From: Bacteriovoracaceae bacterium
GTDB taxonomy: Bacteria > Bdellovibrionota > Bacteriovoracia > Bacteriovoracales > Bacteriovoracaceae
Assembly: GCA_045805035.1 (NCBI GenBank)
Contig: JBJMLZ010000248.1
Span: forward strand, 1,333 to 65,332
Length of the DNA: 64,000 bases
Reading direction: 5' to 3'
Shown here: positions 37,457 through 46,981 of the stretch, piece by piece
How positions within the stretch are numbered: the first letter of the stretch is position 1
How the letters are laid out: each line of letters opens with the position of its first letter
Position numbers and translations under genes: made by a program
The notes under the pieces: model-generated
Told to the model about the DNA's origin: nothing
What the model saw: the letters and a program-made list of their open reading frames with translations, nothing else
Databases searched by the model: none

Positions 37457-39313
37457 ATGAAAATTTTCTTCCTGCTCGTCCTCTTTATACCTTCAGCATT
37501 TTCCGCCACCGTTGAAGAGATTGCTGATAAGGCTTCTCAGTCTCGTGAGTGGTACACGCTCATGCACTACCGGAGGAATGCTTTTTTCCGGATCGAATCT
37601 GAAGCCGACGGCGAAGGATTCTTTTTTTCGGAAGATGGAAAGCATGATCCCCAGGCGGAAATGATCGCTTCCGTGAAAGCTTTTCAGGACGAATCACGAC
37701 CAGCGGATATACGTCACCCTCAGTGTGCATTTCCCGCGCGGTTTCAGTATCTCAAAAAAGTTTTTTCGATTGATCCGAAACCGGTTGAATGTAAGGACTA
37801 TCAGTGGTGGAGAGAAAATCTTCCCGCCCAATCCGTGACGGTGATCTTTGCCAGTTACTATGCCAATAATCCTGCCTCAATCTTTGGACATACCTTTCTC
37901 AGGATCAATTCTTCAGACAAGAAAAGTATTTCGGATTACGGCGTTGATTTTTCTGCTCTCACCACTACCGAGAGCGGTGTGATTTTCGCCATACGGGGCG
38001 TGTTCGGCGGATACACCGGACAGTTCAATATGAAGCCATATTACATGAAGCTCAATGAATACATTGAGAACGAAAACCGTGATTTGTGGGAATATGATCT
38101 CAATCTCACTCCAGAACAAGTAGATCGACTTCTTGCCCATATCTGGGAACTTCAGAAGAATACCTACTTTGATTATTATTTTTTTCGTGAAAACTGCTCT
38201 TACCAGCTTCTCACGCTGCTTGAAGCTGCCAATCCTGATTGGGTGCTTTCAAAAGAATTCGATTTCGAGACGATTCCGGTCGATACAGTGAAAGTCCTGA
38301 GTAAAAAAAAGAATGCCATTAAAGATGTTCACTATCGTCCTGCTTTCAAAAAAACCGTTACCCAAAGACTGTCGGGCCTGAGTCAGAGTGAACATCTTCA
38401 GATGAAATCACTCGCGAAAGGAAAGATCGCTCCGGAAGAAGTAACGGATGCAAAAATTCTGGAAGCCGCAATTGCGGACCTCCGCTATGAACGCTTCGAA
38501 GAAAAAAAATTCTCCGAAGATCAGGAAGCGAGATTGAAGAGTATTCTCATCCAGCGGGCGAAAGTCGGCGGGAAAGTTGAATACCCGGATGTGAGAGAAA
38601 CTTTGCCCGTCAGAAAAATGCGGCCGGATCTTTCGCACAATTCACAGAAATATGGTCTCGGCTACGGAAACAATGCTTCGATGGGCAGATACACCGAACT
38701 TTCCATGCGCGCGGCCCTTCACGATCTTCTGGATCAGGATCCGGGTTACCCGCGAAACTCCCTCCTGGAAATGGCCAAACTCAAACTCAGAAGCCAGAAG
38801 ACCAACAACATCTACGTGGAAGAAATAAAATACGGAGAAGCATTTTCACTTTTTCCGGTGACTCGTGATGAATTCAAATGGTCATGGCGTGCCGCCGGTC
38901 GCTCGTATCGGGTGTACGATGGAACCTGCAATCGTTGTCTCTCTCATCAATTCCGCACAGGTTTTGGCATGGCCTATACGTCACCTTTCGCTGATCTGGA
39001 TCTTTATTCGATGATCTATCTTACTGGCGAGGCCTCGAAAGGTTTTTATCGCGGATACCGGATTGCTCCTGGAGCGGGACTCGGGGCGATCTGGACGATG
39101 TCGGAGCAGTTCAAGTTTCACTATGACTTTGAGCTCGCGCATGATCTCAATCGTGCTGATTATATTCGCGCCAATCGCCTGATCCACGACGTGGGCCTCA
39201 GCTTTAATATGAATCTCGTCCACGAACTTCGTCTCACCGGCCGCTCGTGGCTTGCGGTGAAAGACAAAAATGCCGTGGACGAGATCCAGCTTACCTATAG
39301 CTTCTACTACTAA
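37457..39313 (+). CDS. DUF4105 (Lnb N-terminal-like) domain protein with C-terminal beta-barrel-like region
   Basis: QCAFPARF, SIFGHTFLRI, Y..NENRDLWEY, YYFFRENCSYQLL; ends in QLTYSFYY. Confidence 0.85.
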   Translation: MKIFFLLVLFIPSAFSATVEEIADKASQSREWYTLMHYRRNAFFRIESEADGEGFFFSEDGKHDPQAEMIASVKAFQDESRPADIRHPQCAFPARFQYLKKVFSIDPKPVECKDYQWWRENLPAQSVTVIFASYYANNPASIFGHTFLRINSSDKKSISDYGVDFSALTTTESGVIFAIRGVFGGYTGQFNMKPYYMKLNEYIENENRDLWEYDLNLTPEQVDRLLAHIWELQKNTYFDYYFFRENCSYQLLTLLEAANPDWVLSKEFDFETIPVDTVKVLSKKKNAIKDVHYRPAFKKTVTQRLSGLSQSEHLQMKSLAKGKIAPEEVTDAKILEAAIADLRYERFEEKKFSEDQEARLKSILIQRAKVGGKVEYPDVRETLPVRKMRPDLSHNSQKYGLGYGNNASMGRYTELSMRAALHDLLDQDPGYPRNSLLEMAKLKLRSQKTNNIYVEEIKYGEAFSLFPVTRDEFKWSWRAAGRSYRVYDGTCNRCLSHQFRTGFGMAYTSPFADLDLYSMIYLTGEASKGFYRGYRIAPGAGLGAIWTMSEQFKFHYDFELAHDLNRADYIRANRLIHDVGLSFNMNLVHELRLTGRSWLAVKDKNAVDEIQLTYSFYY

Positions 39314-39361
39314 TATTTCCGGTACATTCTTCGGAGCCGCTGATGATCAGAGAAACGATGA

Positions 39362-39628
39362 TCACGTGGTTTCGTTGAACGATACTTCGGATGAAGAAAT
39401 TCCTTCCTTCTTCTTTCGATCTTTCTTTCGGGTCTTCTCTTTCGTCTCCGGATTTTCTTTCGGTTGAGTTCCCTTGAAATCAAATCCGGAAACTGAAAGA
39501 CGTCTTTTCTTATCTGGGGCAGCTGGACCGTAAAGAGCACCAGCAAAATTCTTATCAATCGCAACATGCAAGTCCTTGAATGAGTGGAACGGGAAAACAA
39601 CATCAAGGAATTTGATATTCATGGACAT
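39362..39628 (-). CDS. Small basic hypothetical protein
   Basis: GGAG SD before ATG 39628; K/R-rich C-terminus. Confidence 0.5.
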   Translation of the reverse strand: MSMNIKFLDVVFPFHSFKDLHVAIDKNFAGALYGPAAPDKKRRLSVSGFDFKGTQPKENPETKEKTRKKDRKKKEGISSSEVSFNETT

Positions 39629-39796
39629 GACTCCGGTTAGTGAATGTAAGGGAATAAAATAAGAGTGTGCTGGAGAAGAATTACATAACTGCATGTTAGC
39701 ACATTTTTGTTCTTCTTATACGGCAAATTCTTCCAAGGCGGTGGTGCATTTTGCCTGCGATAGAGTGGCTAAAGAGTTCATTTTCAAGGAGTGAGG

Positions 39797-41542
39797 ATGA
39801 ACAAGACAACTACCCTGCTCTTCTTTCTCTTCTTCTTTTATTCCTGTAATTCAAAGGATACCGGTAGTCCGGAAACGGTGAATGTCCGGGTGAATCCCGA
39901 TGACAATCAACCGGTCCCGGTGGAAGTTTCCACGGAAGGTGCGGATCCGCTTGTACCGTATGCGTGGCACTTGCAGAACACGGGACAAACATCTTTTTCG
40001 AGCGGCGCGGGCACTGCGGGAAATGATCTGAGAGTTCTGCGTGCTCACGATCTCGGATACATCGGTCGCGGCATCCGCATCGCTGTTTCTGACTCGGGCA
40101 TGGAAACAAATCATCCCGATCTTTCCGCTAATCAACTCGCGGGAGAACACAGAAGTTATTCGGGTGCTCCTTCGACGTGGCATAACTCTCAACCAATTCC
40201 TGAAGATGGAAACCCGCACGGAACTTCAGTGACCGGACTGATCAGTGCGGTCGCGGGAAATGGGATTGGTTCCATGGGGGTTGCTCCGGGAGCGAAGTGG
40301 GCCGGATTTTATTTCATCGGGCAATTCAAGGACACAAGTTCTTCCTATGAATCAAGAGTCCTTGATCAGATCATCGGTGACTTTGACATTTTCAACTACA
40401 GTTACGGTTACGCAAACTGCTTCTTTGTTCCAACCACACCTGAAGTTGTCGCCGCTTATAAAAAAGGTGTCACCACTCTCCGGAATGGAAAAGGCGCGAT
40501 CTACCTCAAGGCGGCGGGGAACGATTATCAGGGAAAAAACTCTCAGTGCCACCAGAACGACAGCAGTACTTTCTGGGGGAACGCGAACACCAATGAAGAT
40601 CAGAACCATCCCTATCTCGTTGTCACCGCCGCCTCGAACGCTGCGGGCAAGGTTTCTTCTTATTCGAGTCCGGGCAGTAACGTCTGGATAACGTCAGCGG
40701 GTGGTGAATTCGGCGACTCTGCTCCGGCGATGATCACGACAGATTTTCAGGGTTGCTCGAAGGGGTTCTCTACTTCTTCTTCCTGGAGCAGTAACTTCAA
40801 TCGTGGTCAAAGTGAATTCAACTCTCTCTGTAACTACACCAACATCATGAACGGAACATCTTCTGCGGCACCGACTCTCGCAGGTGTCGTGGCACTGATC
40901 CTTGAGGCCAATCCGGAACTTAGCTGGAGAGATGTGAAACATATTCTCGCGACGACCGCCAATCCCATTCAGTATTCCACCGCCGCTTACGGACATCCGG
41001 CGAACGCAAATCTCGCCGGCCACGTCTATGACTACAATTATATTGTGAACGCTGCGGGGATGAAGTTCTCCAATACCTTCGGCTTCGGTCGCGTGGACGC
41101 TGAAAAAGCAGTGACGCTGGCAAAGAACTACACCTTTCCTCTGGGTGCTTATGTGGAAACGGAAACCAATGGCGACTGGGATTATCGTTCGAATTACATC
41201 AACCTGGTCATTCCGGATAATTCCGCCAACGGAACGAAACATTCTCTCAATGTCACTCATCATCTGAAGGTAGAAGCAGTTCAGATCAATGTTCAGATCG
41301 ATCATCCTTTCATCAGCGACATCGGAGTCGAGCTCACTTCTCCTTCGGGAACTGTGAGTAAGATCCTGCGTATTAACAGCAATATTAAAGACCAGGGTCT
41401 TTATGGATTCACGCTTTTATCCAATGCCTTTTACGGGGAAAGCTCAGGAGGAAACTGGACGATCAAAGTCATCGACGGAAAAAGCGGAAACTCCGGACGA
41501 CTTGTTTCATGGGAACTTAAAATCAATGGAGGCCAGCAATGA
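39797..41542 (+). CDS. Lipoprotein S8 (kexin/ASP-like) serine protease with P-domain, no propeptide
   Basis: Lipobox FYSC; DSG, HGTSV, AAGN, GTSSAAP catalytic set; LSWRDVKHIL; C-terminal P-domain. Confidence 0.93.
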   Translation: MNKTTTLLFFLFFFYSCNSKDTGSPETVNVRVNPDDNQPVPVEVSTEGADPLVPYAWHLQNTGQTSFSSGAGTAGNDLRVLRAHDLGYIGRGIRIAVSDSGMETNHPDLSANQLAGEHRSYSGAPSTWHNSQPIPEDGNPHGTSVTGLISAVAGNGIGSMGVAPGAKWAGFYFIGQFKDTSSSYESRVLDQIIGDFDIFNYSYGYANCFFVPTTPEVVAAYKKGVTTLRNGKGAIYLKAAGNDYQGKNSQCHQNDSSTFWGNANTNEDQNHPYLVVTAASNAAGKVSSYSSPGSNVWITSAGGEFGDSAPAMITTDFQGCSKGFSTSSSWSSNFNRGQSEFNSLCNYTNIMNGTSSAAPTLAGVVALILEANPELSWRDVKHILATTANPIQYSTAAYGHPANANLAGHVYDYNYIVNAAGMKFSNTFGFGRVDAEKAVTLAKNYTFPLGAYVETETNGDWDYRSNYINLVIPDNSANGTKHSLNVTHHLKVEAVQINVQIDHPFISDIGVELTSPSGTVSKILRINSNIKDQGLYGFTLLSNAFYGESSGGNWTIKVIDGKSGNSGRLVSWELKINGGQQ

Positions 41543-42156
41543 GAAAGCATGGCATCGCTCTCTTGGGATTTTTTTCCGGAGTTCTTCTCTATTACATCAA
41601 GGCCCCGGCACCGGTCACCAATCACGATGAATTTCATCAGCAGGAATTTGTTTCGACTACGATGGCCGCTCCAAAATTTCAGTCTCCTTCACAAGAGGAC
41701 AGAAAACCTGCAGTAGTTCCGGTTGCGGAATCCACGGCGGATATTCATCAGGAAGAGCTCCGAAATTTGCCTGGTCTTCCACGTGGTATGAAGTTTGCTC
41801 CCTTTGTTCACGCCGTCGCGGCTGAAAACTATCACAACGAAATGGGAGTAAAACTCATGGAGAAAAATGGCTTTGTGTTCTTTCATTCAGAAAATTCAGG
41901 AGAGGCCAATGTCGTGTATGACAAGCGCCTCGATACTTTCCACCCACTCACCTCGACGATCAAGCTTACGGGTGTTGACGGGAATGATCGCCAGGAAATT
42001 CTGAAAAAGTGGAACGAATACTATTACAACGAACAACTGGAAGTGCAGTTTGTTCAGTCCACTCATGAAGATCTGTTCAAGGATTATCAGGAACTCAAAA
42101 AAGCAGGAGCTAAACCGCAGTTTGAAATCGTCCAGGCGGTTTATCAGACTCGTTAG
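41539..42156 (+). CDS. Candidate external chaperone/inhibitor of the upstream protease (ASP ORF2-like)
   Basis: ATGA overlap with the S8 gene; N-terminal anchor; NVVYDKRLDTFHPLTSTIKL and C-terminal FEIVQAVYQTR. Confidence 0.55.
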   Translation: MRKHGIALLGFFSGVLLYYIKAPAPVTNHDEFHQQEFVSTTMAAPKFQSPSQEDRKPAVVPVAESTADIHQEELRNLPGLPRGMKFAPFVHAVAAENYHNEMGVKLMEKNGFVFFHSENSGEANVVYDKRLDTFHPLTSTIKLTGVDGNDRQEILKKWNEYYYNEQLEVQFVQSTHEDLFKDYQELKKAGAKPQFEIVQAVYQTR

Positions 42157-43514
42157 AGTTTAAAGTCGCGGCAAGGGTTAGGCCCTGTCGCTTGTGAGCG
42201 ACGATACATTTCGAGATATAACTCACGCTGAGACTTGGCAACGTTTGATTGAAGCATGGAAGATTTTCGCTGAAGATCCGGAAGACTCTGCCAAAATCTG
42301 GCCGCGTCCTTCACTGAAGAATTCTGAGCAAGAAGCTGACCTTTCAAACTTGTTGCCTGGCCCAGGATATCGAGCATTTTTTTATTGTGTTGGTCTTCGT
42401 AGTAAGGTCTGAGTGCCGCAAAATCCTTAGACGCAATTTCCTTCGCGGTATAGGTAACACAAAGGTCACCGCTACAGAGTTGATAGGGTTTTGAAATTTC
42501 CCCTACACCAAATGCGTCCATCTTCTGTTTCAGATCACGGATGTAATCGTGATACTCCGTGAGCGCTGAGCGGAAGTTTTCAAGTTTGTTCGTGAGCTCC
42601 GCATTTGCTCCCGCCTTCAAAAGTTTATCTATCTCTGAGTTGAGACCAAAGAGATTGGAATCGATGCTGCATTCACCAACGCCGGTTGCGAGGCTTTCCA
42701 TATAGGGCGTGAACTTATCATTGAGTGGACTGTAGTAATAAAGAAAGGGAGTTTCTTTATCATAGAGTTTTTCCTGAACCTCTTTCCCCGCAGGCGAAGA
42801 AATCATCGGGAATGAAGGATCATTGAACTGCGCACGGGCATTGAGATAAACTTCTTCCAGACTTTTTCCTGAAGCGAGACTTCCGGAAAAAATCGTACCG
42901 AATGACATGGTTCCTGCGCCTGAGTAGTGGTTCGGTCCGGTCGCGGAGATCACGCACGTATTGTCACCTGCGAGAGCGAGCGAATTTCCGGAGTGACAGC
43001 TGAGATCTACGATAGCGAGTTTCACACCTTTGGACTTCGCCAAATCCGAAAGAGATTTCAGTTCATCGAGTGAGACGGTAGTGACACCCGAGACGCTGTC
43101 TGCGTTGGTCATAGTGCCGGCACCTGCTGCAATCTTGTGAGATTTTTCCGCAAGATCGCGGGTGGCCCCGTGAGAATAGATATCGAGAAGAATTTTGTCG
43201 CCGCTTTTAATCTCGCCGTTCGCGAGCTTCGTCTTATAATCCTGAATAATCTGGTAGTAGCCCTTGGCGCTGAAAGGAGTGCTCGAACCAAAACCAACTC
43301 GCGCGATTTCTTCCGTCTTTGCGTGGCCACCATTGAACATCACCTGAGATTTAATACCAGGATGAGAGCGGTTGAACTCTCCCATTTTCTCCAGACCGCT
43401 ATCAAAGATCGTCGTATCTTTGTTTTGCGGCTCACCACTTCCACCGAGCACTGCCAGGTGAAGAGTTTGAGAGAACACAGTGAATGAAGTGAGAAGGAGA
43501 AGAATGGTGATCAT
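42153..43514 (-). CDS. Secreted clan CD (caspase/legumain-fold) peptidase-like protein
   Basis: Signal peptide, LLDIYSHG and IVDLSCHSG (His/Cys dyad context). Confidence 0.65.
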   Translation of the reverse strand: MITILLLLTSFTVFSQTLHLAVLGGSGEPQNKDTTIFDSGLEKMGEFNRSHPGIKSQVMFNGGHAKTEEIARVGFGSSTPFSAKGYYQIIQDYKTKLANGEIKSGDKILLDIYSHGATRDLAEKSHKIAAGAGTMTNADSVSGVTTVSLDELKSLSDLAKSKGVKLAIVDLSCHSGNSLALAGDNTCVISATGPNHYSGAGTMSFGTIFSGSLASGKSLEEVYLNARAQFNDPSFPMISSPAGKEVQEKLYDKETPFLYYYSPLNDKFTPYMESLATGVGECSIDSNLFGLNSEIDKLLKAGANAELTNKLENFRSALTEYHDYIRDLKQKMDAFGVGEISKPYQLCSGDLCVTYTAKEIASKDFAALRPYYEDQHNKKMLDILGQATSLKGQLLAQNSSVKDAARFWQSLPDLQRKSSMLQSNVAKSQRELYLEMYRRSQATGPNPCRDFKL

Positions 43515-43810
43515 TTGCAATTCTCCTTCTTTCTCAGGAACTGTTCTCCATCCGGAATAGCGAAATCCAGATTTGTGAAAGTGCCACTTTCAAATTTCCC
43601 GCTCGCGAGCTCTTCGTGGTACGGAAGAAATTTCAGCTCCTCAGATTTTGGGATCGGGATCTGCATTTCAGAAAGAGTTCCTTCATGAATGTGAATGAAA
43701 AAAGCTTTGTCGTGAAGTCTCACCATTCCCTGAAATTCGTAATCTTCGCACTCAGCAGAGGCGAACGCGGGAAGGGCCAGAATGAGCAGGAAAACTACCC
43801 ATATCTTCAC
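43511..43810 (-). CDS. Small secreted hypothetical protein
   Basis: Signal peptide (AFA-SA), two Cys, overlaps the next gene by 4 nt. Confidence 0.65.
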   Translation of the reverse strand: MKIWVVFLLILALPAFASAECEDYEFQGMVRLHDKAFFIHIHEGTLSEMQIPIPKSEELKFLPYHEELASGKFESGTFTNLDFAIPDGEQFLRKKENCK

Positions 43811-43869
43811 AAGGATTCGTATCGGCAGAAAGGCATAATTTCTTGAATTTACAGGTCAAACCCAAATAA

Positions 43870-43893
43870 AAGGGCCCGCATTCGCGGGCCCTT
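43870..43893 (-). terminator. rpsA terminator
   Basis: AAGGGCCCGC-GAAT-GCGGGCCCTT followed by TTATTT on the minus strand. Confidence 0.85.
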
Positions 43894-43918
43894 CGATCTA
43901 TCTAATTGTGGATAACAA

Positions 43919-45658
43919 TTAAACTTTGAAACCTTTGAGTTTGTCTGCAAGCGTAGAAGGTTGTGCAACCTCCGGCTTGTAGTTCGACTTGTACTCGCCA
44001 GAAGCAACCGCTTTCATAGAGAGAGCGATTTTCTTAGCTTGCTTGTCGATAGAGATAACGATCGCCTTAACTCTGTCGCCTTTAGCAACTTTGTCAGACG
44101 GTTTCTCTACGCGCTCTTCAGACATCTCAGAGATGTGAACGAGGCCTTCAATACCAGTTTCGAGTTCAACGAATACGCCAAACTCAGTGATACGAACAGC
44201 TTCACCTTCAACAGGTGAGCCAACTGGCATACGCTCTTCAATGCGCTTCCAAGGATCTTCCTCGAGCTGCTTGAGACCAAGGCAGAACTTCTGGTTGTCA
44301 GGATCTACAGTAACAACTGCGCCTTTAACTTTCTGTCCGACTTTGAATTCTTCAGCAGGGTTGATGTTCTTACGTGTCCAAGAAAGGTCAGAAACGTGAA
44401 TGAGGGCATCCACTTCTTCCCCGAGGTCAACGAAGAGACCGAAGTCGACAACAGCTTTCACTGTGCCTTCAACTGTCTTACCAACTGGGTATTTGTTAAC
44501 AAGAGCGTCCCATGGATTTGGCATGAGTTGCTTAAGGCCGAGAGAGATACGCTTGTTCTCAACGTCAACTTCGAGAACAACCGCTTCTACTTTCTCACCT
44601 ACGTTGTAGGTCTTGTTAGCAGATTTCTTGTTTGTCCAGCTCATCTCAGAAACGTGGATGAGGCCTTCGATGCCGTCAGAAAGCTCAACGAAGATACCGT
44701 AGTCTTTAACAGATACGATTTCGCCGGTGACCTTCGAGCCTGGCATATATTTGTCTTTAGCAGATTCCCAAGGATTCGGTTGAACTTGCTTGAGACCGAG
44801 CGATACGCGCTCTTTAGCAGCATCGTATTTCAGAATCTTAACATCAACTTCATCACCAACATTGAGAAGGTTCGAAGGATGCTTCACGCGACCCCAAGAC
44901 ATATCTGTAATGTGGAGGAGACCATCAACACCACCGAGATCGATGAATGCGCCGTAATCAGTAATGTTTTTCACAATACCTTTCACGATCATACCCTCTT
45001 GGATCTGAGTGAGTGTGTCGTCTCTCATGCGGCCGCGCTCTTCAGCGAGGATGGCACGACGAGAGAGAACAATGTTCCCACGTTTCTTGTTGAACTTAAT
45101 AACTTTGAATTCCATTGTTTTACCAATGTACTTATCAAGGTTCTTAACTGGACGGATATCGATCTGCGAACCTGGAAGGAACGCTTTAACACCGATATCA
45201 ACTGAGAGACCGCCCTTAACTTTTGCGATAACGGTACCTTCAACAGGCTCACCTTTTTCGCAGGCCTCAGAGATTTTATCCCAGGCCTTAAGGATTTCAG
45301 CTTTGTCCTTAGAGAGAACGAGGTTCCCCATTTGTGACTCAAGCTTCTCGAGGTAAACCTGGATTTCATCTCCAACTTTAACCTTCATTGTTCCGTCGTA
45401 GTTACGGAATTCGCGAGCGAGTACGAGACCCTCTTGCTTGTAACCGATGTCGACAGTAACGAATTCATCATTCATTGCTACGACTTTCCCCATGAACACT
45501 TCGCCTTCAGCGAAGTTCTTCGCGTTAGCTCCGTTAATCATGTCTCCGAATTCGGTCTTCGGAACAGTTTCTTTGATTTCTCCCATTTCGAAATCAAAAC
45601 CTTTTACCCATGCCGGGATCTCAAAGGATTTAGAGGCAGTTGCTTTTGTGGTGGCCAT
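43919..45658 (-). CDS. rpsA: 30S ribosomal protein S1
   Basis: Six S1 repeats (VKGGLSVDIG, DYGAFIDLGGVDGLLHITD, GIEGLIHVSE...). Confidence 0.98.
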   Translation of the reverse strand: MATTKATASKSFEIPAWVKGFDFEMGEIKETVPKTEFGDMINGANAKNFAEGEVFMGKVVAMNDEFVTVDIGYKQEGLVLAREFRNYDGTMKVKVGDEIQVYLEKLESQMGNLVLSKDKAEILKAWDKISEACEKGEPVEGTVIAKVKGGLSVDIGVKAFLPGSQIDIRPVKNLDKYIGKTMEFKVIKFNKKRGNIVLSRRAILAEERGRMRDDTLTQIQEGMIVKGIVKNITDYGAFIDLGGVDGLLHITDMSWGRVKHPSNLLNVGDEVDVKILKYDAAKERVSLGLKQVQPNPWESAKDKYMPGSKVTGEIVSVKDYGIFVELSDGIEGLIHVSEMSWTNKKSANKTYNVGEKVEAVVLEVDVENKRISLGLKQLMPNPWDALVNKYPVGKTVEGTVKAVVDFGLFVDLGEEVDALIHVSDLSWTRKNINPAEEFKVGQKVKGAVVTVDPDNQKFCLGLKQLEEDPWKRIEERMPVGSPVEGEAVRITEFGVFVELETGIEGLVHISEMSEERVEKPSDKVAKGDRVKAIVISIDKQAKKIALSMKAVASGEYKSNYKPEVAQPSTLADKLKGFKV

Positions 45659-45802
45659 TATATAGCCCCCCTTTTACTAAACATTAATTCTCCTACTGGA
45701 GAGCGGAAAATATAAATCATGCGGGCATAAAAAGCAAAGAATTACCGGGAGTTATCGCGCGTTAAAAAGGGATTCCCGAGGGAGAGGTGTAAGCTGGTGG
45801 AA

Positions 45803-46981
45803 TTATGAGGCGAGACGCCTCTTCTGAGTGTAGCGAAGGCGTTGGGTATAGAGCTTTTCATAGTGAGCGTAGAGAGTTTCCGCGTATCGCTCGAAGTGGT
45901 GTTGCTCTTGAAGTTCGAGTTCCACACCGTTGAGTTCTTCCACGTAGGTCTCGTAGTTGGTGAGGATCTTGATGATTTTATCCTTCAATTCACGTCCATC
46001 TTCGGGATGATAAGTCTCGCCGAATTTTCCCTGCTTCACGATTTGCTGTCTCGTCGAAGTTCGCGGAAGAAGCACGGGAGTTTGCGTGACGAGCGCATAG
46101 AGATCAAGATCGCTGAAGAGTTCTTTCATCGGTAGGCCAACGAAGATATCACAGTCTTCAAAACTTTTACTTTCAAGCGGACGCGTCTCAAAGCTGATGT
46201 GCATTTCAAGATGACGTTCGAGAATCATTCTTTTCAGGCTGTCGTACATCGGATGGGTGTACCAGGAAATATCAGTGAGAAATGTGAACACCAGATTCTG
46301 ATGAAACTCCATCGCTGCCAGTGAGTTCATGAGGGGCGGGATTGAATCAGCAAAAAGGCGGATCGTGCCGATATCGTCTTCGTTTCTTGGAACGAAGGTC
46401 ATGATCTTCTTTTTTGTCTCCGGGTGTTTCGCGCGCGAAATCTTCACCGGAAAATCAATCCCTGCGCCGGTGACGATAATTTTTCGCGGACTGACCGGAA
46501 AAGCTTCGATGGCGAGATCCCGGATGTTCGGAGTGAAAGTGAGAATAGAATCCGTGCGCGACACAAACCAACGATCCCAGATACTTCTTTTTTTCCATGG
46601 AACATTCTCGTTGAAGGTAAAGATCATTGGAATGTGGGCCATGCCTTTCAGGATCATTCCAAGCGGAAGAAGCGATTCCTGATTATAGGAATGAATAATA
46701 TCGACTTGCTGCTTTTGAAGAATGTGCTGGATCTGGAAATAGAAATTGAGCTTACTTCGCCAGGTGGTGAGGTCAGTGGGAAAATGCAGGCGCGGAATAT
46801 CTTCTTTCTGTGCCATCTGATCCACGAGGGATTTTTCATGGCAGAGAATGAAGGAAGCGCCACCGATGTTTCTGAAGTAACCCGCATCCGCAAGACACCG
46901 ACGTTCAATCGTGCCCCATTCATGAGAAAGGCAAACATAGAGAACCGAGAGATCGGAAAGCCGGATTTTCTCTCTCATCAT
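45803..46981 (-). CDS. GT-B (GT4-like) glycosyltransferase
   Basis: VDIIHS..., DSILTFT, TGAGID, CDIFV...TPVL. Confidence 0.7.
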   Translation of the reverse strand: MMREKIRLSDLSVLYVCLSHEWGTIERRCLADAGYFRNIGGASFILCHEKSLVDQMAQKEDIPRLHFPTDLTTWRSKLNFYFQIQHILQKQQVDIIHSYNQESLLPLGMILKGMAHIPMIFTFNENVPWKKRSIWDRWFVSRTDSILTFTPNIRDLAIEAFPVSPRKIIVTGAGIDFPVKISRAKHPETKKKIMTFVPRNEDDIGTIRLFADSIPPLMNSLAAMEFHQNLVFTFLTDISWYTHPMYDSLKRMILERHLEMHISFETRPLESKSFEDCDIFVGLPMKELFSDLDLYALVTQTPVLLPRTSTRQQIVKQGKFGETYHPEDGRELKDKIIKILTNYETYVEELNGVELELQEQHHFERYAETLYAHYEKLYTQRLRYTQKRRLAS

